30,498 nucleotides of DNA from Dehalococcoidia bacterium (GCA_963579975.1 CAUZJF010000001.1:1-30498); one strand, 5' to 3'; positions 9,292 to 18,253 are shown, numbered from the stretch's first letter. The notes: generated by a model not told the origin, from the sequence alone. Made by a program: numbers and translations.

Positions 9292-10011
9292 TTGGACAGA
9301 CCAGACGGTCGGAAACCAGACGAGCTGCGCAAAATCACCATCACGACCGGCGTCCAAGAGTTCGCGGAAGGCTCGGTCCTCGTCGAAACTGGCAGGACGC
9401 GGGTGCTCTGCGCCGTAAGCGTCGAGGAAAGCGTTCCCCGGTTCCTTGCCGGTAGCGACCAGGGATGGGTCACCGCCGAGTACAGCATGCTTCCGCGTTC
9501 CACCGTCACCAGGAACCCGCGAGAGGCCAGGACCGGGGGGCCCAAGGGGCGCACCCAGGAGATACAGCGCTTGATCGGGCGGTCTCTTCGGGCCGCGGCC
9601 GATCTGAGCCAGTTGGGTGAGCGCACGTTTATCGCCGACTGCGACGTTCTTCTGGCCGACGGCGGCACTCGGACCGCGGCCATTACGGGCGCTTACGTCG
9701 CCTTACACCTGTCCATCGAGAAGCTTGGCCTGGGCTCGGCGGAGAGCTCGCCTCTGAAGTGCGCCGTTGCCGCCACCAGCGTCGGCGTGGTCGATGGTAT
9801 GGTCGTCCTCGACCTGAACTACGAAGAAGACGTCAAGGCTGCCGCGGACTTCAACGTCGTCATGACCGACCAGGGAGAGTTCGTCGAGGTGCAGGGCACC
9901 GCTGAGGACGGCAGCTTCTCGCGAGAGGCCCTTGACGAAGTGCTCGACATGGCCCGAGTGGGTATCGATCAGCTATTCGAGGTGCAGAAACAAGCGATCG
10001 GCCGGTCGTAG
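9292..10011 (+). CDS. rph: Ribonuclease PH
   Basis: RPDGRKPDELR, AEGSVLVETGRTRVLC, GWVTAEYSMLPRST, GRTQEIQRLIGRSLRA, DCDVLLADGGTRTAAITG, EVQGTAE. TTG start with GGAGG SD at 9282-9286. Confidence 0.96.
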   Translation: MDRPDGRKPDELRKITITTGVQEFAEGSVLVETGRTRVLCAVSVEESVPRFLAGSDQGWVTAEYSMLPRSTVTRNPREARTGGPKGRTQEIQRLIGRSLRAAADLSQLGERTFIADCDVLLADGGTRTAAITGAYVALHLSIEKLGLGSAESSPLKCAVAATSVGVVDGMVVLDLNYEEDVKAAADFNVVMTDQGEFVEVQGTAEDGSFSREALDEVLDMARVGIDQLFEVQKQAIGRS

Positions 10012-10014
10012 CGA

Positions 10015-10779
10015 CTACGGTTTCTGTAGCAGGTTGATATTCACGGGGCGGTGCTGAAGCACCCTATAGCCCAATCTGATCGCTTCTCCACCCTCATTGC
10101 TGTCGGTTAGCTCCACGCGGCCTGGCCCGTCGATATAGCTGATCTCCTCACCATCGACCCTGAAAGGGCGGTCGTGGCCGGGATAGAACACGCTGGACGC
10201 GTCGAGCATCTTCTCGACACTTTCCGTTGCATCGTCGACGTCCCAGAAGACGTTGTATGGAATGCCCCGCTTCACTGTGCCGGTGTCGGGCAGCGCATCT
10301 CCGGCCACGAGCACGGTTTCGCCGTCGACGTCCGCAACCAGGCTGATGTGACCGCTGGTGTGGCCCGGCGTTTCCATGATTGAGATCCCCGGTACTACCG
10401 TATCGCCCTCCGATACGGGTTCGATCTTGAGCTTGTCGAGCATATCGGCCACGTAGAACGCAGCCCCGTAGTCCTTGGCGGTCGGGCTCTTGATATAGTC
10501 GATCTCCCTCGAGTGCAGGAGTACCCGGGCGTTCTTGAACATGTCGACGTTCAGACAGTGGTCCCAGTGGAGGTGGGTCAGGACTACCAAGTCGATGTCG
10601 TCGGGGTTGAGGTCATGGGATTGAAGAGCTTGAAAGACTTCGGCACGGCGAGAGGGAGGGCCCGTATCCACGAGGATACGCTGGTTGTCTACCGTGAGGA
10701 GGGAGACGTTGGAGAAACCGAAACCGCCCTGGTCTGAGACGAATGCAAACCCGTACGTCAACACGTCCATCCGCGCCAT
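10015..10779 (-). CDS. Metallo-beta-lactamase fold hydrolase (AHL-lactonase-like group)
   Basis: ILVDTG, THLHWDH (HxHxDH), TPGHTSGH, AGDA, PGHD. Confidence 0.88.
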   Translation of the reverse strand: MARMDVLTYGFAFVSDQGGFGFSNVSLLTVDNQRILVDTGPPSRRAEVFQALQSHDLNPDDIDLVVLTHLHWDHCLNVDMFKNARVLLHSREIDYIKSPTAKDYGAAFYVADMLDKLKIEPVSEGDTVVPGISIMETPGHTSGHISLVADVDGETVLVAGDALPDTGTVKRGIPYNVFWDVDDATESVEKMLDASSVFYPGHDRPFRVDGEEISYIDGPGRVELTDSNEGGEAIRLGYRVLQHRPVNINLLQKP

Positions 10780-10793
10780 CGACCCCTCCTTGG

Positions 10794-10994
10794 CTACTGT
10801 GAGTAGAAATCCGGCTCGTCCTCGGGCGCCAACTCGCTGTGGGAAACGCGCCAGATGTTACCGGCCGTCTCTTCAATGACCGGCGCCAGCCCTTCGGCGC
10901 GCTCGGGCCCCCAGCGCTTCTCCGCTTCCGCTCTGAGCGCGGCGGCGATCTCTTCAGGACTCTGATCAGGCTTGCTGTGTAACGTGTCTGACAT
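10794..10994 (-). CDS. Small acidic hypothetical protein (66 aa)
   Basis: Fills the gap between rimI and the MBL gene on the same strand with 9 and 14 bp spacing. Codon usage is coding-like. Confidence 0.65.
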   Translation of the reverse strand: MSDTLHSKPDQSPEEIAAALRAEAEKRWGPERAEGLAPVIEETAGNIWRVSHSELAPEDEPDFYSQ

Positions 10995-11003
10995 ATTGAG
11001 AAC

Positions 11004-11693
11004 TCAGAAAAGCACGCGTTCGGACAAGCCCCATCGGCTGATGTGCGCTAGCTTTAGGCTTCCAAATTCGTCCACGAACGACGGTTCGTCGAGGGGCTCT
11101 GTAACCATGATGGCGGCGTCTTCCCGGTCGTCGGCGTAGTAGCCTCTCCGGACGCCGGCCTCGGAGAACCCGTACTTCTTGTACAGGTTCTTCGCGGCCA
11201 TGTTCGAAGTCCTGACCTCCAACGTCATTTTGATCGCGCGGCGAGCTATGGCGTGCTCAATTGCACCGATCAACAGAAGCTCCCCGATACCCTGGCCGCG
11301 GCTCTCCCTTCGCACCGCGACCGAAATAATGTGCGCCTCATCGGCCATGTACCCCGTTCCCAAAAGCCCGACGATGCGGTCGCTGTCGGGCTCCCCCGTC
11401 CAGACTGTTCGAGCTCCGCGAAGAAGCTTACCGACCAGGGAGCCGTTTCGATCGTCGTCTCCGGCGTCCAATCGAGTGGCCGGCGGTGCCGTTCCATCGA
11501 CGTAGTCCGTTTGCCAGGCCACCCAGTAGCGGGCCAGACTGTTGTTCAGCTCGCGGCGGAAGGTGGTTGGCGGGAAGTGGGACGGAAACGCCTCCCTTTC
11601 CACCTGGGCAGCTTGCTGGACGTCCTCAGCCCGCATAGGGCGTAGGACGAACGGCATGGTTCGTTGATCGGTCTTTTCTTGGACAGCCCTCAT
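11004..11693 (-). CDS. rimI: Ribosomal-protein-alanine N-acetyltransferase (GNAT, RimI)
   Basis: LRPMRAEDV...EREAFP, DEAHIISVAV...RGQGIGELLL, TLEVRTSNMAAKNLYKKYGF, RRGYYAD..EDA.IM. ATG 11657 is an alternative start. Confidence 0.9.
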   Translation of the reverse strand: MRAVQEKTDQRTMPFVLRPMRAEDVQQAAQVEREAFPSHFPPTTFRRELNNSLARYWVAWQTDYVDGTAPPATRLDAGDDDRNGSLVGKLLRGARTVWTGEPDSDRIVGLLGTGYMADEAHIISVAVRRESRGQGIGELLLIGAIEHAIARRAIKMTLEVRTSNMAAKNLYKKYGFSEAGVRRGYYADDREDAAIMVTEPLDEPSFVDEFGSLKLAHISRWGLSERVLF

Positions 11694-11738
11694 AACTTGG
11701 ACCCGGTGCCGTTGTGTCCGTCGCGGCCTCGAAGGGTA

Positions 11739-11747
11739 ATTCTAGCA
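11739..11747 (-). promoter_or_regulatory. Extended -10 promoter for rimI
   Basis: The minus strand reads TGC-TAGAAT, 45 bp upstream of ATG 11693. Confidence 0.5.
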
Positions 11748-11896
11748 TGTCCGCCGGTCTGCCCGACCAGCCGTGCATGTATCGTCGCAGCTACTTGTGC
11801 TATCCCAATCGGCGGTACCCACGTTATATAAAGTAGCATCGAGACATCGTCCGCTATGTGGTGACTCGTGGTAGCCCCCCAACGAGGAAGACGAAG

Positions 11897-12511
11897 ATGC
11901 GGGATGGGATCGATGCCCCCGAGAGGGATGTCGTCGAGGAACTTGTAAAGAAGGCTCAGAAGGGCGACGCAGCCGCGTTTGCGGGTCTATACGAGCACTT
12001 CTACGCGAAGATGCATCGCTACGTTTCGTTCAAGATGGGGAACGCCAACGAAGCTGAGGACGTCACGGAGGATGTATTCCTCAGAATGCTCGACTCGATT
12101 TCGTCATTCAAGTGGCAGGGCTACCCGTTCTCTTCCTGGTTGTTCCGCATCGCGCACAACCTTGTCGTCGACTACTTCAGAAAGAAGGGCAGGCAGAAGA
12201 CCGCGCTTCTGGACGACGCCACCGGTATCATTGGAGCGACCTCGTACGACCTCTACCGGAACCTTGACGTGAATCTGTCGATCAATGAAGTGAACGAGGC
12301 CATCTCCAGGCTGACCAATCTCCAACAAGAGGTATTGTCCCTGCGGTTCGCGGGCGGGCTGTCCGTGCGAGAGACCGCCGACGCCGTCGGTAAGAATGAG
12401 AACGCAGTCAAAGCGCTGCAGCACGCAGGAATCAAGAAGCTGCGTCAGCTACTGGGAGCCGCCCAAGAGGCGACTGCCGAGCAGGCTACCATGATGGAGT
12501 CGGCAAGATGA
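11897..12511 (+). CDS. ECF RNA polymerase sigma factor, BldN/SigD-like
   Basis: Region 2: AQKGDAAAF..LY, AEDVTEDVF, FKWQGYPFSSWLFRIAHNLVVD. Region 4: LTNLQQEVLSLRF..GLSVRETA..VGKNENAVKALQH. ATG 11897 preferred (GAGGA upstream); GTG 11858 is the alternative. Confidence 0.93.
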   Translation: MRDGIDAPERDVVEELVKKAQKGDAAAFAGLYEHFYAKMHRYVSFKMGNANEAEDVTEDVFLRMLDSISSFKWQGYPFSSWLFRIAHNLVVDYFRKKGRQKTALLDDATGIIGATSYDLYRNLDVNLSINEVNEAISRLTNLQQEVLSLRFAGGLSVRETADAVGKNENAVKALQHAGIKKLRQLLGAAQEATAEQATMMESAR

Positions 12512-13377
12512 GACAATCGTTGAGCTGTTCGTCCAGCTCAACGATTGTCTGGAGCGGCTGGCCGAGGGGGAGGCGCTCGATAAGTGCGTCGCACGTTACC
12601 CGGCCCGTCGCGATGAACTGATCCCGTTGCTCCAGGTCGGCGCGGCTACCATGAAGGCAGCCTCGTCCGTGGCCTACCGGCCCGAGGCGAAGGCCCGTGG
12701 CCGGACGCGGCTCACGACCGAGTTGGCCCGGCAGAGCGTGGCCGGACGAAGGACCAGCTTGACGGGATGGCTAGTCCATCTCCCAAAGCCGCTTCTCGCC
12801 GGCTTCGCCGCCGTGCTAATGACGTCCGGCCTAGCAGTTGGGACGACGATGGCCTCCACGGATAGCGTGCCTGGAGGTGCTCTGTGCTCCGTCAAGTCCC
12901 TCAAAGAGAACGTCTCCCTAATGATGCCGAAATCGGACATGTCGAAGGCCGAAGAGCACGTCAGACTGGCCTCCGAGCGGAGCCGCGAGATCAGCATGCT
13001 GGTCGACCGGGGATTGTACTGACCGGGCGGAGCAGCATAAGACGCAGCTCAAAAGCCACCTGAGGCAGTCGGCCTATCTGGCGGGGGGTACCCTGGCGGC
13101 AGACCCGATCGAAATGCCATCGTACCCGGTACCGCCCTCCCTCCGAACCGACCTTGCCGAGATCATAGCCCGCCTTCACAGGGAGGAGGCGATGCTGAGG
13201 GCCCGTATGGCCCAGTATGCGCAGTCGTTGCCGCCGGAGCAGAGCCAAAGGGTAGTCATTCTGATGCGCCGGTCCGAGTTCAACTACCAGATATACATCC
13301 TTGTGCTGGAGAGCGACGGCCCTCCGCCAGGGCCGTCCTTCATGAGGACCGAGTCACCGCAGCCGCGGGTCCCCTGA
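12508..13377 (+). pseudogene. Anti-sigma factor, DUF5667/RsbN-like, with two frameshifts
   Basis: ATGA overlap with the sigma stop. A -1 shift near 12520 gives ELFVQLNDCLERLAEGEALDKCVARYP..RDELIPLL, then a TM helix, then ASTDSVPGGALCSVKSLKENV..KAEEHVRLASERSREI. A +1 shift near 13020 continues as DRAEQHKTQLKSHL...MPSYPVP... to the stop at 13377. Confidence 0.72.
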
Positions 13378-13402
13378 GTTAGGGGATATCTCCCGAAGGA
13401 AC

Positions 13403-13432
13403 GTGAAGGCGGGTCGAGAGACCCGCCTTCAC
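13403..13432. terminator. Strong hairpin, likely terminator of the sigma/anti-sigma operon, possibly bidirectional
   Basis: Perfect 13-bp stem gtgaaggcgggtc-GAGA-gacccgccttcac followed by tcatttct. Confidence 0.75.
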
Positions 13433-13691
13433 TCATTTCTGGGGACCCGAAAGTGGGGTGCTTTTCCTCTGCCCCGGCACTCCGGTATGGGGATTGACAG
13501 ACGGTTGCAGTCCTGTATGAAGTCCGATATGTGAAAGGAGATTTCAGAATCGAATCTCGATAAGCCTTGATCATGCTTGGGCCGCAGGTGTAATGTACGT
13601 CTGCGGACCGGGTTCCCCCCTTTCGTTGTGCCCTTATATAAGTGCGCCCGCTTGACCCGGTCGACTACGCCGCCGTGAGCTATTAGGCCGC

Positions 13692-15488
13692 ATGACCGTA
13701 CTGCTGAGAATCCTGAGAATCACGTTCCGCGACAAGAGGCGGGTCCTCGCCGCGTACTTCTGCATGGCCGGCGCGACCGGGACGTTCCTCATTCTCCCGT
13801 ATCTCTTCGGCGAGGCCATCGACCAGATCGGCGACATGCTTCGAGACGGTACCGTCTCCGACCGGACCATCCTGGTAACAGGGGTCATGATTCTCGCGGC
13901 AGGGGCGGCCCGCGGGCTTCTCGCCTACGGCCAGACGTACCTGGGCGAGTCGCTGGGCCAGAGGACCGTATATCACCTGCGCAACTCGTTCTACGACCGC
14001 GTCCAGAACCTGAGCTTCGGCTTCCACGACCGCTTCCACACGGGGAACCTGATGTCGCGAGCGATCATGGACGTCGAGGCCATCCGCATGTTCGTCAACG
14101 TCGGCCTCATCCGGCTCCCGTATTTCATCGCGCTGTTCATCCTCGTCCCTGTGATGCTGATCCGGATCGACTGGCGATTGGGACTCGTCAGCGTGAGCTT
14201 CATGCCCCTGGTCGCCATTCTGATAGGTCTGGTCAGGCTTCAACTGCGCCGGATCTGGCTGGAGGTCCAGCAGAAGATGGCCGATCTGAGCACCGTCCTG
14301 CAGGAAAACCTGACCGGCGTCCGTGTCGTGAAAGCCTTCGCGTCGGAGGAGTACGAGCGGGAGAAGTTCAATTCGAGGAGCATGGACGTGTCCCTCGATC
14401 TGGTCAAGGCCGCTAAATTGGACGCGTTCAACGGATCGGTGATCGTCGCCGCATACCTGGGCACCATCGGACTAATCCTCTGGTACGGCGGCGGGCGGGT
14501 GATCGACGGCCTCATGACTCCGGGCGAGCTTGCCCAGTTCCTTTTCTACATGCAGATACTCTCGGTCCCGGTGAGGCACACAGGGCAAGTGGTCGGCAAC
14601 ATCGCGCGGGCGATGTCGGCTGGCGACAGGCTTTTCGAGGTATTGGATACGAGGTCGCCGGTGCAGGAGTCGACCAAGGCCGTCGCGATGCCGCGCGCCA
14701 GAGGAAAGGTGAGCTTCGAGGATGTCTCGTTCAACTACGACGGCGGAAGGGCGGTCCTCAAGCACGTCAGCTTCCAGGCGGAGCCGGGGCAGGTCGTCGC
14801 GCTGCTGGGCGTTCCAGGCAGCGGGAAGAGCACCATCGTGCACCTTATCCCCAGGTTCTACGACGTGACCGGTGGCCGCCTGAGCGTCGACGGTACCGAC
14901 GTCCGCGACGCGACGCTGAATTCTCTGCGCAGTAACGTCGGGATCGTTCAACAGGACGTGTTCCTGTTCACCTCGTCCATCAGCGAGAACATCGCCTACG
15001 GAAAGACCGACGCCTCGCTCGACGAGATCGTGAAGGCCGCGCGAGTAGCCCAACTGGACGATTTCATCCGAACGATGGAAGCCGGCTACGATACGGTGAT
15101 CGGCGAGCGCGGAGTAACCTTGTCCGGCGGCCAGCGACAGCGCCTTTCGATCGCTCGGGCCGCACTGCTGGACCCTCCGATACTGATACTTGACGACGCT
15201 ACCTCCAGCGTCGACGCGCACACTGAGCAACAGATCCGCGAGGCTATGGAGTCCGTGATCCGGGGGCGGACAACCTTCGTGATCGCTCACCGGCTCAGCA
15301 CGGTGCACAAGGCCGACCTGATCCTTGTGATGAGCGAAGGAGAGATCGCCGAACAGGGCACGCACCAAGACCTGCTGGCCATGGGAGGGCTGTACCGTGA
15401 GGTATACGACCTTCAACTCCGGCCGCAGGAAGAGGTGATGCTGGAGTTCGACGTGCCGGCAACGGCCCATATGGAGTCGAAGTCATAA
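13692..15488 (+). CDS. ABC exporter, fused TMD-NBD, heterodimer subunit 1
   Basis: TM domain followed by Walker A GVPGSGKST, Q-loop, LSGGQRQR, Walker B ILILDD (Asp in place of the catalytic Glu), IAHRLST. Confidence 0.95.
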   Translation: MTVLLRILRITFRDKRRVLAAYFCMAGATGTFLILPYLFGEAIDQIGDMLRDGTVSDRTILVTGVMILAAGAARGLLAYGQTYLGESLGQRTVYHLRNSFYDRVQNLSFGFHDRFHTGNLMSRAIMDVEAIRMFVNVGLIRLPYFIALFILVPVMLIRIDWRLGLVSVSFMPLVAILIGLVRLQLRRIWLEVQQKMADLSTVLQENLTGVRVVKAFASEEYEREKFNSRSMDVSLDLVKAAKLDAFNGSVIVAAYLGTIGLILWYGGGRVIDGLMTPGELAQFLFYMQILSVPVRHTGQVVGNIARAMSAGDRLFEVLDTRSPVQESTKAVAMPRARGKVSFEDVSFNYDGGRAVLKHVSFQAEPGQVVALLGVPGSGKSTIVHLIPRFYDVTGGRLSVDGTDVRDATLNSLRSNVGIVQQDVFLFTSSISENIAYGKTDASLDEIVKAARVAQLDDFIRTMEAGYDTVIGERGVTLSGGQRQRLSIARAALLDPPILILDDATSSVDAHTEQQIREAMESVIRGRTTFVIAHRLSTVHKADLILVMSEGEIAEQGTHQDLLAMGGLYREVYDLQLRPQEEVMLEFDVPATAHMESKS

Positions 15489-17323
15489 TGCTGATGTCCG
15501 GCCAGGCTGCTCAGAGCGCTTCGTCGTCGATGTCCGACGAGGATGTCTTCGGCAGCGCATACGACCACCGGATCGTCAAGCGCCTAATCCCTTACGTGAT
15601 GCCGTACAAGCACCTGGTCGCGCTGGCGGCAGTGGCCATGATCGTGTTCGCCGTATCGCAGGTGGCGGTGCCCTGGCTCATCAAACTAGCCATCGACACC
15701 TACATCGAGGCGGGCGACTTCTCGGGCCTGACCTGGATTGTCGCCCTGTTTTTCGGTAACGCCATATTGAACTGGGCATCCAACTATGTGCAGCAGTTCG
15801 CCATCGCTCGGGCCGGCCAGGGCGTGCTTTTCGGCCTACGGAACGCCATGTTCGCCCACCTTCAACGGCTCTCGTTGCGGTTCTTCGACAGATCCGAGGT
15901 AGGCCGCCTTATGTCCCGCGTGCAAGGCGACGTGTTCCAGCTCCAGGAGTTCCTTTCGGTGGCCGTGGTGACCCTTGGGGACCTGCTGGCCCTGGGCGGA
16001 ATCGTCGTGGCATTGTTGCTCATGGACGTAAAGCTGGGGCTGATATCGATGTCGGTGCTACCGATACTCATTCTGGTGATGTCGGTGTGGCAGCCGATGG
16101 CTCGAAGGGCCTTCGTCAAGGCCCGGCGCACCATCTCGATCTTGAATGGAGCGCTGAACGAGAACATCTCCGGGGTCCGGGTTGTTCAAAGCATGAACAG
16201 GCAGGAACGCAACCTGAGGGAGTTCGACGAGAAGAACCGTGAAAACCTCGACGCGTACGTTTCGGCCGCGCGGATGTCGACCATCCTCCTCTTCCCCGTG
16301 GACATGCTTACCGCACTGGCGGTCGGTCTAGTGCTCTTCTTCGGCGCGCGCATGGTTACGGACGGGTCGCTGGAAATAGGGGCGATGGTTGCGTTCGTCA
16401 TGTACATCCAGCGGTTCTTCGACCCGATCCGGAGCCTGACGATGCAGTACACGCAGCTCCAGCGGGCCATGGCTTCGGGCGCCCGCATCTTCGAGCTGCT
16501 GGACCAGCAGCCCGACCTGGTGGACGCTCCCGACGCCGTTGAGCTGCCGGCACTAAAGGGCGAGATCGAGCTCCGAAACGTCCGTTTCGGCTACCTGCCG
16601 GAAGAGGACGTGCTGCGGGGCGTCAACCTCCACGTCGCTGCGGGCGACACGGTTGCGATCGTCGGACCGACGGGCGCCGGGAAGACGACGCTGGTGTCAT
16701 TGATGGCGCGTTTCTACGATGTCGCGCCCGACAGCGGGGCGATAGTCGTGGACGGCTACGACGTGCGGGAGGCGACCCGGGACTCGCTGTCTCGGCAGAT
16801 CAGCATGGTGCTTCAGGAGCCCTTCCTCTTCTCGGGCACGGTGAGGGAGAACATCAAGTACAACCACGTGGACGCAAGCGACGAGAGGATGATCGAGGCG
16901 GCGGAGGCTGTCGGAGCACACGACTTCATTGTCAAGCTGGAGGACGGCTACGACACCCACCTTCACGAGCGCGGCATCAATCTGAGCGTCGGGCAGCGCC
17001 AGCTACTGAGCTTCGCTAGGGCAATCGTGCCGGACCCGCGGATCCTGATCCTGGACGAGGCAACGGCGAATATTGACAGCTCGACCGAGCTGCTGATCCA
17101 GAAGGCCCTTCAGAGGCTGCTCCAGGGACGGACGGCGGTCGTGATCGCCCATAGGCTCTCGACGATTCGGGGCGCGGACAAGATCGTCGTCCTGCACCAG
17201 GGCAAGATCGTCGAGGAGGGCACTCACGGCGAGCTGATGGACCGGGCGGGGCTGTACGCGCACCTCTACCAGATGAACTACGCCGCGCTGGACGCGACGA
17301 TCCCTACTTCGGGCAACGGCTAG
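15488..17323 (+). CDS. ABC exporter, fused TMD-NBD, heterodimer subunit 2
   Basis: TAATG stop/start overlap. Walker A GPTGAGKTT, signature LSVGQRQ (degenerate), Walker B ILILDEAT, IAHRLST. Confidence 0.95.
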   Translation: MLMSGQAAQSASSSMSDEDVFGSAYDHRIVKRLIPYVMPYKHLVALAAVAMIVFAVSQVAVPWLIKLAIDTYIEAGDFSGLTWIVALFFGNAILNWASNYVQQFAIARAGQGVLFGLRNAMFAHLQRLSLRFFDRSEVGRLMSRVQGDVFQLQEFLSVAVVTLGDLLALGGIVVALLLMDVKLGLISMSVLPILILVMSVWQPMARRAFVKARRTISILNGALNENISGVRVVQSMNRQERNLREFDEKNRENLDAYVSAARMSTILLFPVDMLTALAVGLVLFFGARMVTDGSLEIGAMVAFVMYIQRFFDPIRSLTMQYTQLQRAMASGARIFELLDQQPDLVDAPDAVELPALKGEIELRNVRFGYLPEEDVLRGVNLHVAAGDTVAIVGPTGAGKTTLVSLMARFYDVAPDSGAIVVDGYDVREATRDSLSRQISMVLQEPFLFSGTVRENIKYNHVDASDERMIEAAEAVGAHDFIVKLEDGYDTHLHERGINLSVGQRQLLSFARAIVPDPRILILDEATANIDSSTELLIQKALQRLLQGRTAVVIAHRLSTIRGADKIVVLHQGKIVEEGTHGELMDRAGLYAHLYQMNYAALDATIPTSGNG

Positions 17324-17398
17324 TAGGCGTTCGGCCGCGAAGGCGGCCCGGTCACCCCAGAACCTAGGGTGTTCGGGATGTCGGAATTTTTTCCTGGT

Positions 17399-17426
17399 GT
17401 TGCATTTAGTTGCATTATGTTGCATT
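17399..17426. repeat. Three direct repeats of GTTGCATT at 10-bp spacing
   Basis: Copies at 17399-17406, 17409-17416 and 17419-17426. Confidence 0.8.
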
Positions 17427-17484
17427 CGTCGGCGGAGACGCCCCCGGCGTCTATGCAGCCATCCACACCACGACGGAAATAGAA

Positions 17485-17510
17485 AGGGACAGCGCTTAGG
17501 GTCTGTCCCT
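17485..17510. repeat. REP-like palindrome
   Basis: agggacag-10nt-ctgtccct, the same core as the palindromes at 6654 and 6768. Confidence 0.5.
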
Positions 17511-17586
17511 CCAGAAAAAGAATGGCACGGATGTGCTGGAGCGTCAAATGGTGCCGGGCGCGCCATCTCAAGCCGTCGCTCTCTCT

Positions 17587-17641
17587 TTGTAATCGTACCG
17601 TGGCTTTGGCAGTATAGGCATACAGGCGCATAGACATACAG
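17587..17641 (+). promoter_or_regulatory. Probable TA promoter/operator
   Basis: TTGTAA-17-CAGTAT with an upstream TG. Direct repeat ATAGGCATACAG (17614-17625) / ATAGACATACAG (17630-17641), 11/12 identical. GGAGG SD before ATG 17666. Confidence 0.5.
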
Positions 17642-17665
17642 TCGTTCAGGCGCCTGGAGGCAGAC

Positions 17666-17911
17666 ATGGCCAAGCGTATGACAGTCATATTCGAGAATGA
17701 GGCTCTATACACGGCGTTGACGGTAGAAGCGGCACGCAAAGGCCGCCACGCCAAGGATATCGTTGCCGACGCGGTGAGTGAGTGGTTGGAGGCCAGCGAA
17801 GAGGACGATCTCCGGAGGGGTCTCGACGAGGCTCGCCAGGAATGGGAGGGCAAGGGCGGTGTTGAAGCGGGAGAGTTCTTCGATGGAATCTCATCCGGCC
17901 CGGAACCGTAG
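17666..17911 (+). CDS. Type II antitoxin, ribbon-helix-helix-like
   Basis: 81 aa. N-terminal strand KRMTVIF followed by two helices, acidic C-terminus. Lies 2 bp upstream of a RelE-like gene. Confidence 0.72.
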   Translation: MAKRMTVIFENEALYTALTVEAARKGRHAKDIVADAVSEWLEASEEDDLRRGLDEARQEWEGKGGVEAGEFFDGISSGPEP

Positions 17912-17913
17912 GG

Positions 17914-18177
17914 ATGCTCTTTCGGGTCGAGCTGGCTCCTTCGGCCCAACGAGACCTAGGGCGATTGCCGAAGGAGGCTTGGGCGAGGCTAGTGCCATCT
18001 ATCGTGGCTCTGTCAAAGAACCCTCGGCCCCCGGGCGTACGCAAGCTCCGAGGCGAGGACCGAGCATGGCGTTTAAGGACTGGGCCCCTCCGGGTCGTCT
18101 ACAACATCCTCGACGATCAACAGATGGTCGTCGTATTGAAAGTGGCTCGCCGTATCGAAACCACGTATCGGCGATAG
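17914..18177 (+). CDS. relE: Type II toxin, RelE/ParE (RelE/StbE) family
   Basis: 87 aa, basic. FRVELAPSAQRDL..LP, L..NPRP.G.RKL.G...WRLRTG..RVVY, VVVLKVARR...Y. Confidence 0.85.
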   Translation: MLFRVELAPSAQRDLGRLPKEAWARLVPSIVALSKNPRPPGVRKLRGEDRAWRLRTGPLRVVYNILDDQQMVVVLKVARRIETTYRR

Positions 18178-18224
18178 ATCCGCGTCCGCTGACCCGCCGC
18201 TAGGCGTGGGAAGCTCTCGCTGCC

Positions 18225-18253
18225 TTGACTTGCCCCTTCGTTGTCGCTAGCCT
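18225..18253 (+). promoter_or_regulatory. Sigma70-type promoter for the 2-hydroxyacid dehydrogenase
   Basis: TTGACT - 17 bp - TAGCCT, with an AGGAGG SD before ATG 18305. Confidence 0.55.

Noticed and set aside
13456-13500. TPP-, c-di-GMP- or SAM-I-like words (GGGGTGC, GAAAG, minus-strand CTTATCGAGA)
   Set aside because: The required downstream cores (CTGAGA...GACCTGA; GGCAAA...GACGCAAAG; GGAGGGA...GCAACC) are missing.
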